A DNA stretch of 64,000 nt. Origin: Malacoraja senta (taxonomy: Eukaryota). The position numbers were made by a program, and so were the translations under genes. The stretch's first letter is position 1, and each line of letters begins with the position of its first letter. The DNA lies in assembly GCA_038087875.1 (NCBI GenBank), contig CM075990.1:16618001-16682000 (forward strand). Reading direction: 5' to 3'. Below are positions 29,971-42,242 of this stretch, in pieces. The notes under the pieces are model-generated. The model saw only the letters and a list, made by a program, of their open reading frames with translations. It was not told the origin of the DNA and did not search any database.

Positions 29971-31245
29971 ACTTCTTCTGGGCCAGCAAGCAAAGAGTTC
30001 GACTGAGTTATCATCTTAGCCTTTGAGCTAAGAGAACTACTTTAAGAGAGTTATTCGGCAAAGGCCCTTCATCCTAACTTGTCCATGACAACCAAGATGC
30101 CAATTTGAGCTTGTACTATTTGCCTGTGTTTGGCCTGTATCCATCTTGACTTTTTCTATCCACGCACATCAATAGAAATTAAAACAGAATGTGCAGGAGA
30201 CTCTCAGCAGGTAAGCAAGCTATTGCCCTTCCACAGATGCTGCCTGACTGACCTTCTGAGTGCTTCCAGCATTTTCTGTTTTTTATTTCAGATTTCATGT
30301 TCATAAGTTATAGGAGCAGAATTAGGCCATGTGGCCCATCAAGTCGACTCTGCCATTCAATCCTGGCTGATCTATCTTTCCCTCCTAACCCCTATTCTCA
30401 GGGGTCAGGGGTTATGGGGAGAGGGCAGGAGAATGGGGTTGAGAGGGAAAGATAGATCAGCCATGATTGAATGGCGGAGTAGACTTGGCGGATAGGTCGA
30501 ATGACCTATTTCTGCTCCAATTACTTATGAACTTATGAACTCCTGCCTTCTCCCCATAACCCCTGACACCCTTACCTATCAGCATCTGCAGTTTTGATTT
30601 TGAGGATCTATTTCAATATTAATGGTGCAGTTCGAGGTGTGATTGCATCAGTTGCAGTCTGTACAATGGTTCTGCTTTGGTCCCTGTAAATGTTCTATTT
30701 TCTGTGTGAAACAACACACTAACCGATCCAAATTAATCAAAATTAGCCATTAATTTTCCCAATGAAGTACTAATCAGTGCAATGTATCAGGCGCAGCTCA
30801 GGGTAACCTGAGTGCTGAAAAGGTAGCAGGATACATTTTCCTGCCTGTTTTCAGAGCAAAATATGTAATTAACCCCCTGAGCAATAACAGCGGTGAGGAA
30901 TTATTGCCTGCATTTGTGCTCAGGAAGTAATGGAATCAGCAAGTGACCTTCTTTACTGTTTCACCAACAGAAACACACCTTCATTCCAACCCGAGAGAAA
31001 CTCAGGCACCACGCCAGTATGTGTCAACCTTTTCTGATTATGAAATAATAGAATTTTGAAACAAAATAATAAAATTAAATGAGTTTGTACCATTGCTTCA
31101 CCCACATGAGCAGAGACGAGAGCGAAAGCAAATTGTGTGGCTGTATTAGCAAACAACTGGATCCAGGGTTCAAATTTGATTTCAGAATCATTATTTGCTC
31201 TGGTCTTAATGGATGCTGTGATTGTGAGTTTGATGGTCTGCCGTT

Positions 31246-32043
31246 TCTGGAGGAGGTGCAAGTGAACCTCTGCCTCACCTGAAAAGATTGTCGGGGTCCT
31301 TGGACGGAGTCGAGGGGGGAGGTAAAGGGACAGGTGTTGCATCTCCTGCGGTTGCAGGGGAAGGTACCTGGGGAGGCGGTGGTTTGGGTGGGAAGGGACG
31401 AGTTGACCAGGGAGTTGCGGAGGGAACGGTCTCTGCGGAAAGCAGAAAGGGGTGGAGATGCGAAGATGTGGCCAGTAGTGGGATCCCATTGGAGGTGGCA
31501 AAAGTGTTGTGAATGGGGGGAGGGGAAGCAAGAGCGGAGTTGCTGATGGAGATGACGACTGCATCGGTGCTACCTCCTGCACCCATGCAGAACTCACTGA
31601 CTTCATCAACTTCACCACTAATTTCCATCCTGCACTCAAATTCACTTGAAACATCTCCGACATCTCCCTACCATTTCTGGATCTCACCGCCTCCATCACA
31701 GGAGACAGACTATTGACCGACATCTACTACAAACCTACTGGCTCCCATAGCTATCTAGACTACACTTCTTCCCACCTTGCTTCCTGTAAAGACTCTATCC
31801 CCTACTCCCAATTCCTCCGTCTACGCCGCATCTGAGCCCAAGATGAGTTGTTCCATACTAGATCATCGGAGATGTCCTCATTCTCTCGGAAACGGGGGTT
31901 CCCCTCTTCCATTATGGACGAGGCTCTCACTAGGGTCTCCGCGATATCCCGCAGTTCTGCTCTTGCTCCCCCTCCCCCTATTCGCAACAAGGACAGTGTC
32001 CCCCTTGTCCTCACCTTCCACCCCATCAGCCGTCGCATACAAT
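31246..32043. mobile_element. Penelope-like element fragment: RT on plus strand (~31550-32043) with inverted downstream segment (31246-31540)
   Basis: Plus strand: DDCIG, LPFLD, YYKPT, SIPYSQFLRLRRI, RGFP; minus strand: PGTFPCNRRRCNTCP linker. Confidence 0.85.
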
Positions 32044-34059
32044 CCTCTATACACTGTGAATGGCTCGATTGTAATCATGTATTGTCTTTCCACTGACTGG
32101 TTAGCACGCAACAAAAGCTTGTCACTGTACCTCGGTGCACGTGACAATAAACTAAACTGAAGCTGTTCCTGAGTCTGGTGGTGTGTCCTTTCAAATATAT
32201 ACAAAACAAAAATCGTTCAACAAACGTATACATTTTTAGTGTCTGTACATTCAATGGTGTGATCCTCATTATTGTTCGCACCTGTCTTTACACAAAACAC
32301 TCTTGCCTCTGGTGTTAAAGGGGAGGAGGCTGACAATGCAGCCATTCCATCTGCAGTTGTGAAGCCATGATATCGCGTGGCCGGGCTCCTTGATCAGCAT
32401 CCACAGTCTCCGCGCGACGAACAAGGCTCTGCTCCAGGGTTAAACTCAGCTGAAGAAACAGGTCAGTTTGTAAAAGAAAAGGAAAACAAGCGAGCCATAT
32501 CCACAACAGCGACGCGTTCAAAGCCCCCTATTATTTGGCTCTCAGTCAGTAAGACAAGCCACAGGGTGTTGATTAAATATTCTGCATTGTAATTTATGCA
32601 AAAACAAAATCCCAACAGGCATCAACGACTTGGCAAAATCTGTCGTGAAATAATTGTCCCCCCTATCAGGATAACAGCAGTCTGCGAGGTGTCTGTCAAT
32701 AAAATATTGGACAACAGCATCGTGTTCAATTACACCTTTCAAGCTAATGTGTTTTCTTCACTAGATAAGGCTGGTACGCAGTGCTTACTGACTGACACCA
32801 GAACACAACCTCCACTCATTTAGTGCTTCACAGTACAGACTCCGTGCTCTGGGGGCTTTCTAGATGTTATTATTCACAGCGAGTTAGGCAAGAGATTTTA
32901 ATGAGGACCAGTCTCATTTGAAAATCTGCGTTTTGGTTATTGATTATAGGACGGCAGCAAGCCCAGGCGAAACCAGGCGTCTCTGCACAAACCTGGATTT
33001 GCTGGACGCATTTTTTTTTTTAACGTTGATCAGTTTTTGCAAGCACAACCCATGTATAATATGTTACACTTGTCCACAATTAACCACTCTTCAGAGAAAG
33101 GAAAACAGCCCATTATTCAGTTAGCCACAGTTAACCTCAGTGAAGGCTCCATCATTGTTGTTTATCTTGTGTCATGAGTGGAGTTGAGATAATGATGAGC
33201 TGCGATGCCACTGAATAATGCTTTGGCTATTGGGCTGAACGACTGACTCCCTGGTCTTATCACTCGGCCCAGTTTCTGTTTGTAACTCTCGGAGATGCAA
33301 GAGACTGCAGCTGCAGGAATCTTGGGCAAAATACAAAGTGCTGGAGGAACTCAATGGGTCAGGCAGCACCTGTGGAGGGAAATGGACAGGCGCTATTCTA
33401 GTTTGAAGTTTAGAGATACAGCATGGAAACAGAGCCTTCGGCCCACTGAGTCCATGCAGACCATCGATCACTCCTTCTCATGAGTTCTATGTTATCCCAC
33501 TTTCTCATCCACTCCCTACACATGGGGCAATTTACAGAGGTCAATTAGGTAGAAGATTGGACTTTTTTGCCTTCCATCACAGTGAGGAATGTGGGGATTC
33601 CGCTGTGGTGGATGTTTATGTTGACTTTTATGTAGTGGTGTGTCTTGTTGCTTTTTTTTCATATGGCTGTATGGTAATTTGCATATCACTGTGCCTTTAT
33701 TGGTACACGTGACAATAAAAGACCTTTGAAACCTACAAACCCGCACGTCTTTGGGGTGTGGGAGGAAACCGGAGCAATGAGGTAGGTTGGTCGATTGTAA
33801 CTACACCCTAGTTTATGGGAGAACTGTTCAGGTCTCATAACAGAAGAGAGAAGCTGTTCCAGAGTTCCTCATTGTCGAAATAACGTTTTTTCTGATAATA
33901 TAGAGGTTACAGAACATAACTGCCAAATGGAAACAAATCTCATTGCGGACATTGGACTTTTTCTGCGGAACTGTAACTCTACATTGCTGAAAACCTATGT
34001 TCTTCACTCTTTTTCTATTTTTCTCTTCACTCTATCCCCTCTACTAATATACGGCTAGG

Positions 34060-34508
34060 CTGAGGAAAGATTGAAAAGACTAGGCCTGTATTCACTGGAG
34101 TTTAGAAGGATGAGGGGATATCTTATAGAAACATATAAAATTATAAAAGAACTGGACAAGCTAGACGCAGGAAAAATGTTCCCAATGTTGGGCGAGTCCA
34201 GAACCAGGGGCCACAGTCTTAGAATAAAGGGGAGATCATTTAAGACTGAGGTGAGAAAAAACTTTTTCACCCAGAGAGTTGTGAATTTATGGAATTCCCT
34301 GCCACAGAGGGCAGTGGAGGCCAAATCACTGGATGGATTTAAGAGAGAGTTAGATAGAGCTCTAGGGGCTAGTGGAGTCAAGGGATATGGGGAGAAGGCA
34401 GGCACGGGTTATTGATAGGGGACGATCAGCCATGATCACACTGAATGGCGGTGCTGGCTCGATGGGCCGAATGGCCTCCTCCTGCACCTATTTTCTATGT
34501 TTCTATGT
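34060..34508 (+). mobile_element. CR1/HER1-type 3' end
   Basis: ORF 34071-34415 and tail. Confidence 0.9.
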
Positions 34509-35582
34509 TGTACTCATGTTTAGTATAACCTGATATTACACAATAACACACAAATAAAAGCTTTTCCCTGTATTTTGTTGGATATGATAGTAATAGCCAA
34601 TACCAATGCCAATATTGCATTGTTCTTCATGGCAGCTATGTGTACAAAATTCCGATTGAGTAGATGAGATTATTGACTAGCACCAGAACAGTGTAGAATG
34701 AATGTTAAAAGATCTTATTTAATGATTACGGACCTTCGGGATCAATTTTGTAACAACAAAATAATCAGCATTGAGTGTCAAGAAATGATCATCTTTATTT
34801 GTTTTACTGTGCCTTCTGGCAAATCTAGCACAAGAACCACTTGAGGAATGGTTGATGGAGCAGAGAATGCTTGGTTGGCATTGTCGGGCTAATGGGATGC
34901 TAACTCGAATTCACAGCACACTTCACAAGTCCATGAAAGACTCTGGCCAGCTCCGCCTTTATTATAAATCTCCTGAGGTTGGCAGCCGTTTAACTGAAAT
35001 AAACACCAGGTCCACCATCAGTCTGAAGAAGGTTCCCGACCCGAAAAGTCACCCATTCCTTCTCTCCACAGATGCTGCTTGTCCCGCTGAGTTACTCCAG
35101 CGTTATGTGTCTATCTTCATTCTAAAAAAGGTTCCTATTAAATCTTTCCCCTCTCACCTTAAGCACATGTTACTTTTGCTCTCTTCCCTCATCAGTCGAT
35201 GCCTGGCCCTGCCATTTCCAAAGTGCATGGCAGGCAGCATCTGTGGAGGCAACGGACAGGCTACACTTCTGCAGATGATTGTCGTAGGAGGGTGAGGGGG
35301 GGGGTGAGGGGGAGATGGAAGAGATGGAAGAGAGGTGGGGGCTGGAAAAAGATTGGCAATTAGCTTAGAGATGCAGCACGGAAACAGGCCCTTCGGCCCA
35401 CCGAGTCCGCACCGACCAGCGATCCCCGCACATTAACACTACCTGACACACACCAGGGAAAAATTAACATTTATAACCAAGCCAATTAACCTACAAACCT
35501 GTACGTCTTAAATATCAGAATAGAATAATAATAATAATAATAGAAATAATAATAATAGAATATTATTATTCTATCATAGATA

Positions 35583-35922
35583 GAGTGGATGTGGAAAGGA
35601 TGTTTCCACTGGTGGGAGAGTCCAGGACCAGAGGTCGTAGCCTCAGAATTAAAGGGCGTTCTTTTAGAAAGGAGTTGAGGAGGAACTTCTTTAGTCAGAG
35701 GGTGGTTAATCTGTGGAACTCATTGCCACAGACGGCTGTGGAGGCCAAGTCAGTGGACATTTTTAAGGCAGAGATAGCCAAATTCTTGATTAGGACGGGT
35801 GTCAGGGGTTACGGGGAGAAGGCAGGAAAATGAGATTAGGAGGCAGAGATCAGCCATGATTGAATGGCGGAGTGGAGTCGATGGGCATCATGGCTTAATT
35901 CTACTCCTATAACTTGTGAACT
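35583..35922 (+). mobile_element. CR1 3' end
   Basis: ORF 35585-35833. Confidence 0.85.
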
Positions 35923-36057
35923 TGTCTGTGGAGTTTGGGTGTGGGAGGAAACCAAAGATCTCAGACAAAAACCCACGCAGGTCATGGGGAGAACGTACAA
36001 ACTCCATACAGACAAACACCCACAGTGAGGATCGGACCCAGATCTCTGGCGCTGTAA

Positions 36058-36278
36058 AGGGCCTGTCCCACTTGCCGATTTTTTTCGGCGACTGCTGGCA
36101 TCATAACAGGGTCGCCAAAAGATTTTGAGCATTTCAAAATCCGGCGGCGACAAAAAAAAATGTTGCGACACTTGAAAAAACCCCATCGCGCGTCAATACG
36201 TCACATCTCGCCTCAAATTTTTCGGTGTCCTGATATGTCAGTCAATGATGCCAGCAATCGCCAAGTGGGACAGGCCCT
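36058..36278. mobile_element. Harbinger-type MITE inserted in an HE1-type SINE
   Basis: Perfect 17-bp TIR AGGGCCTGTCCCACTTG; TAA TSD at 36055-57 and 36279-81. Confidence 0.9.
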
Positions 36279-36491
36279 TAAGGCAGTAGCTCTACTGCTG
36301 CCACCCTTTAGTTTTTCTAAACACAAAATGCAGAGAGCAAAGAGAACAAATTGGTGGGTAGATAAATTGATGTGCAGACAAAGGCTAGAGATGGAGGCAA
36401 AAGGGTGACAAAAAGAAATAAAAAATGAGGCTTTGGGGTGTCAGATAAGGAGAGAAGAGGATTGAAAGGCAAAGCCAGAGGAAAGGATGAC

Positions 36492-36632
36492 TTCTTCTTC
36501 TTGCGTATGGCGTGCACAGCCTAAAGTTGTAGGACAACTTGTTCTATTTGATCTTAATTGATTGTGCACGCCAGGGTGATTGCATTCGTCGAAACAGGGA
36601 GGACCACGTGAAGGTTGCAATCTCCCCACCTC
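36492..36632 (-). mobile_element. HDV-like-ribozyme SINE, copy 2 (ribozyme 36578-36632, two P1 mismatches)
   Basis: Homologous to 1804-1945; TSD g(a/g)aaggatgac (36481-91, 36633-43). Confidence 0.85.
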
Positions 36633-37459
36633 GGAAGGATGACAGTGGCGATGGGTGGTGGGGGAGCACAATAGGGTGGGGGGGGGGGGCACGGGAAAGA
36701 AAGGTTGAACAAAAGGAGTGTGTAATCTAAAATTGGAGAATTAAACGTTTGTACCACTGCTACTCAAGCTACTCTGTGTAGGATAGAACTGGTTTAAAAT
36801 GAAGATAGACATGCTGGAGTATCTCAGCGGGTCAGGCAGCATTCTCTCAAGAGATGCTGCCTGTCCCGCTGAGTTACTCCAGAATTTTGTGTCTATCTTC
36901 TGCATAATCTACCCTGGCGGAATAGGAAGGCAGACAAAAATGCTGGAGAAACTCAGCGGTTGAGGGAGCATCTATGGAGCGAAGGAATGGGCGACGTTTC
37001 GGGTCGAGACCCTTCTTCAGACTGATCTGGTTTCCAGCTTTTTTGTCTACCTTCGGGTTTTCCAGCATCTGCAGTTCTTTCTTAAACACTGATGGGATAT
37101 GCAGTGCTGTTAACACCGGGAGATCATTGGTCCGGAAAAAGAGGAAGGGAATGTCACACAATTCTGCAAGATAGTGGATCCTAGTTCTGCTACATCTGAT
37201 AATAACAGCCATTTTTACTTAAGTACATGTTTATACACATAATTTACATCTAAATAGCAGATTAACCACTGCATTCATTGCTTTGTAAGTGCTAATCTAG
37301 TAAACACAGATCCACATTAGTCAGTTTTAGTGCATCATTTTTTATACTCAATCGGACCCATCATCACTCAGTCAAAGTAACAAATAAGTGGTAGACACGG
37401 TACCACAGCCACGTTTGCTTTCTCGGGCCAGACCCGGTAACAAATGAGTATTTTGTGAA

Positions 37460-37757
37460 GGTAGACAAAAATGCTGGAGAAACTCAGCGGGTGAGGCAGC
37501 ATCTATGGAGCGAAGGAAATAGGCAACGTTTCGGCCCGATAAGTAAGACTCAATAGTGCAACATAGACTCTCGTGTTCACTGAACCTCTGGGAGTGAAAA
37601 AAACAGGGGACAAATCATATACACAAAGTCTGAGGAAGGGTCTCGACCCGAAACGTCACCTATTCCTTCGCTCCATAGATGCTGCCTCACCCGCTGAGTT
37701 TCTCCAGCATTTTTGTCTGCCTTCGATTTTCCAGCATCTGCAGTTCCTTCTTAAACA
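37460..37757 (+). mobile_element. Penelope-derived unit: inverted partial terminal repeat, leader, hammerhead core, tail
   Basis: 13-bp TSD agtattttgtgaa (37447-59, 37758-70); core ctgaggaagggtctcgacccgaaacgtc. Confidence 0.8.
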
Positions 37758-38444
37758 AGTATTTTGTGAAATTGTTTCTACATTATATTACACCTTCTTC
37801 TTAGTTAGTCCCTAGGAAATGAGGAAGTCTTGCCCGGGGAATGCGGAAGCTATCAGATCAGAGCCATGTTCTTCAGAGCTGCTGCCTGACCCGCTGAGTT
37901 ACTCCAGTAGACCATTATGTGCAGGAAGGAAATGCAGATGCTGGTTTTAACTGAAGATAGACACAAAATGCTGGAGTAACTCAGCGGGACAGGCAGCATC
38001 TCTGGGTCTCGACCCGAAATGTCACCCATTCCTTCTCTCCAGAGATGCTGCGTGTCCCGCTGAGTTACTCCAGCTTTTTGTGTCTATCTTAGAGTTACTC
38101 CAACACTATGGGTTCTACCAAAGGTAGACACACAATGCTGGAGTAACTCAGTGGGACAGGCAGCATCTCTGGATAGAGGGAATGGGTGGCGTTTCTGGGT
38201 CAAGACCCTTCTTCAGACTTCAGCATTTGCAGTTCCTTCCTACACTTTGGGTTCTACACTTGAACGACACTTGGGAACATGGCATCTTGGAAGCTACAGT
38301 GGAAGATGTAGACGAAAGAAGGGTCCCGACCCAAAACAGCCTGTGTCCTTTCCCTCCACAGATGCTGCCTGACCTGCTGAGTTCCTCCAGCATTTTGTGT
38401 GCTTTGTGAAAAAAGGTGACAGCATTTGCCAGGTTAAAAATTAG

Positions 38445-38860
38445 TGGGGTGGCACGGTGGGGCAGCGGTAGAACTATTGCCTCACAGTGCCAGAGACCCG
38501 GGTTCGATCCTGACTATGGGTGCTGTCTGTACGGAGTTTGTATGTTCTCCCCGTGGGCTTTCACCGAGATCTTTGGTTTCCTCCTGCATTATATAGGCGT
38601 ACAGGTTTGTAGGTTAATTGGCTTGGTATTAATGTAAGTTGTCCCTAGTGTTTGTCGGATATGTATAAGTGTGCGGGGATCACTGGTCGGTGGAGACGGG
38701 TTATGGGGAGAAGGCAGGAGAATGAGGTTAGGAGGGAGAGATAGATCAGCCATGATTGAATGGTGGAGTAGACTTGATGAATTCTGCTCCTATTACTTAT
38801 GGCCCTACAACACACGGTGGGCCGAAGGGCCTGTTTCTGTGCTGTATCTCTAAAGTAAAT
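38445..38860 (+). mobile_element. HE1-type SINE with a nested CR1 3' UTR fragment
   Basis: A/B boxes and V-domain-like core. Confidence 0.8.
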
Positions 38861-38964
38861 TAATCTAACAAGGGGGATGGGGGCTGTCAAATGAGACATG
38901 ACAGAGGCAGTGGAAGAGTGCATGAGTGGTCCAAGGCTCAGCCACATCAGGAACAGTACCGTGC

Positions 38965-39272
38965 TTCCAGAACCAGGGGCCACAGTTTAAGAACAAGGAG
39001 TAAGCCATTTAGAACGGAGATGAGGAAACACTTTTTCTCACAGAGAGTGGTGAGTCTGTGGAATTTTCTCTGCCTCGGCGGGCGTTGGAGGCACGTTCTC
39101 TGGATGCTTTCAAGAGAGAGCTAGATAGGGCTCTTAAAAATAGCAGAGTCAGGGGATATGGGGAGAAGGCAGGAACGGGGTACTGATTGGGGATGATCAG
39201 CCATGATCACATTGAATGGCGGTGCTGGCTCGAAGGGCCGAATGGCCTACTCCTGCAGCTATTGTCTATTGT
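38965..39272 (+). mobile_element. CR1 3' end
   Basis: SRTRGHSLR..FRTEMRK.FFSQRVVSLWN; ctattgt tail. Confidence 0.85.
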
Positions 39273-39275
39273 CTT

Positions 39276-39720
39276 CCAAGATGGTGCCCAACCCAGGTGA
39301 CTATTTGCATGCTAGCCCCAGAAACAGATCTGCAATCACATATTATAATCGCTCCACACTCTTAAATCTCTACTCCTACAGCAACAATTCTTACTTTTTA
39401 CCTTGTACTAAACGTTATTCCCTTATCAAGCATCTCCACACTGTAAATGGCTCGAGTGCCATTATGTATTTAAGGCAGAGATAGATAGATTCTTGATTAG
39501 TACGGGTGTCAGAGGTTATAGGGAGAAGGCATATGGGGAGAATGGTGGTAGGAGTGAGAGATTGATCAGCCATGATTGAATGGCAGGGTAGACTTGACGT
39601 GTCGAATGGCCTAATTCTATTCCTATCACTTATGACCTTATGTCTTTCCGCTGACTGGTTAGCACACAACAAAAGTTTTTCCCTGTACCTCGGTAAATGT
39701 GACAATAAACTGAACTGAAA
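39276..39720 (+). mobile_element. Bipartite short element (CAAGATGG head plus Rex-type tail) interrupted by a CR1 fragment
   Basis: Homologous to 51604-51890. Confidence 0.65.
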
Positions 39721-40166
39721 CGGAAAAACGCTGGATATTCCATGGGCAGTTTAGTTTTATTCCACAGTGACACAAGCGACTGCAGATGCTAGAATCTTGA
39801 GTATTAAACAAGTTGCTGGAGGAACTCAATGGGTCATGCAGCATCTGTGGAGGGAAATCTGTGGATGGAGAATGTTTTGGGTCGGGACACTTTCTTCAGA
39901 CTCAAGATATTTTTCTCCACAGATGCTGCTTGACCCGTTGAGTTCCTGCAGCAGTTTTTCTTTTGTTTACTAATTTTATCCCACGTTGTACTACGACGGA
40001 GTGAATTAATTGCTGGCATTTATCATAACTTGGGAAGTGGCCTGTCCGTGCTGCAAGCAAATTACGTGCTTAATTACGATGGCAAATTGCATTTGTGTGA
40101 GGGCAGGCGGCGTGGAATTGTCATGCCGCACGTCACTGGGGATGTGTGGTCCCAGGCAGTGAGAAG

Positions 40167-40595
40167 CAAAGATACTAGAGGAACATTTGAAATCTATTAT
40201 CTCTATCTTGCCTCTCACACACAGAACCACACACATACCGTTCCCCCACAATACTGATTAAACCAAAGATAATAATGCATATGGTCCAGAGACCTTTCAT
40301 TGCGCATTGCCGCTTATTTTATACGCAGTTTCCCTTTAAATACTTTTTTTTTAAAGAAGCACCTTATTTATTATAAACAAAGATCATAATGGTTTATCAT
40401 AGAAGGCTAAAATAGACCAAGATCAACTGCAAAATCCAATGGACAGACGTGGATTAAACTGCGAGAGGCATAACAGGGATCGGGGTCTTATTCCTAAAAT
40501 GGCGGATGTGACGTTCCGTTACGTTCCGATCCGTACTACACGTCAGTCCATTGGATTTTGTAGGAGTGGTCTATCTTGCTCCTCTAGTATCTTTG
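40167..40595. mobile_element. Non-autonomous DNA transposon with 8-bp TSD (hAT or P superfamily)
   Basis: Perfect 15-bp TIR CAAAGATACTAGAGG; TSD gtgagaag (40159-66, 40596-603). Confidence 0.9.
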
Positions 40596-40611
40596 GTGAG
40601 AAGTACCCAGT

Positions 40612-41140
40612 GTTCCTGAGGAAGGACATTATAGCCATAGAGGGAGTGCAGAGAAGGTTCACCAGACTGATTCCTGGGATGTCAGGACTTTCATATGAAG
40701 AAAGACTGGATAGACTTGGCTTATACTCGTTAGAATTTAGGAGATTGAGAGGGGATCTTATAGAAACGTACAAAATTCTTGTGGGGTTGGACAGGCTAGA
40801 TGCAGGAAGATTGTTCCCGATGTTGGGGAAGTCCAGGACAAGGGGTCACAGCTTAAGGATAAGGGGGAAATCCTTTAAGACCGAGATGAGGAAAAACATT
40901 TTCACACAGAGAGTGGTGAATCTCTGGAACTCTCTGCCACAGAGGGTAGTTGAGGCCAGTTCATTGGCTATATTTAAGAGGGAGTTAGATGTGGCCCTTG
41001 TGGCTAAGGGGATCAGGGGGTATGGAGAGAAGGCAGGTACGGGATACTGAGTTGGATGATCAGCCATGATCATATTGAATGGCGGTGCAGGCTCGAAGGG
41101 CCGAATGGCCTACTCCTGCACCTATTTTCTATGTATCTAT
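40612..41140 (+). mobile_element. HER1-type CR1 3' end
   Basis: Near-identical to the 3' part of 5587-8142. Confidence 0.92.
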
Positions 41141-41147
41141 GAACCTG

Positions 41148-41405
41148 AACGTCCAGGTTCAGGAACAGCTTCTCCCCAACAGCCATCAGGCTATTAAACA
41201 CAACAAAGAATAAGCTCCGAGCTCTGAACTGCAAAAGACGATATTATTACTGCACGGTATTTGTTATTTATTGAACGATTTCTTTTTTTTCTCTTCCCCC
41301 GCTATGTACTATGTTTACATATTCACATATTCTCTTGTGCTGCAGCAAGTAAGAATTTCATTGTCCCATCCAGGACATATGACAATAAAATACTCTTGAC
41401 TCTTA
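41148..41405 (+). mobile_element. Rex1/Babar 3' end
   Basis: ccaggttcaggaacagct...gccatcaggctattaaac matches 582-628; gactctt tail. Confidence 0.8.
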
Positions 41406-42242
41406 TGGCGGGCCAGCAAAATGATATGGAATGTAGAGGAAGCCATTCTGGTCTTGGACAGCAGAGTTACCCTACCTTTTCATACCTTAACCTGCCATAT
41501 CTCCAGAGTTTAATTTCATGTTTCCCGTATTTTGTGTGTTATGACTGTTAGCAGATTAATTTCTCTCCTGGGATAAATAAAGTTCTATCGTATCGTATCG
41601 TAGTTCCTCTCCCCTGACTCTCATTCTGAAGAAAGGTCTCGAACTGAAACGTCACCCATTCCTTCTCTGCAGAGATGCTGCCTGTCCCGCTGAGTTACTC
41701 CAGCATTCTGAGTCTATTCTCAGTAGTGTAATTCCCCCTTAGATCCCCCTTAGAGTGATATGGGCCATGTAGAGGCAGATGATATCTGTTTGATTGCATC
41801 ATAAAAGAGAGAGACAAAATGCTGGTGTAACTCAGCGGGACAGGCATCATCTCTGGAGAGAAGGAATGGATGATGTTACCTTATCTCCAGAGATGCTACC
41901 TATCCCGTTGAGTTACTCCAGCATTTTGTGTTTATCTTCGGTGTTAACCAGTATCTGCAGTTCCTTCCGACACATTAACTTTGCATCATGTTTGACACAA
42001 ACACTGTGGCCCAAAGGTGCCATTCTTGTGCTGCACTGTGCTATGTTGTACTTCTGTTCCATGTTCTCATTCCAAAGATGGACAAGGTTTGTAGGTTAAT
42101 TGGCTTGGTGTAAATGTAAATTGTCCCTGGTGTCTGTAGGATAGTGTTAGTGTGCGGGGATTGCTGCTCAGCACGGACTTGGTGGGCCGAAGGGACTTCC
42201 ATGCTGTATCTCTATCTCTCTAAACTACACTAAATGTTGTGT

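Noticed and set aside
40439..41050. 203-aa chimeric ORF as a novel gene
   Set aside because: Chance in-frame join of DNA-element sequence and a CR1 3' fragment
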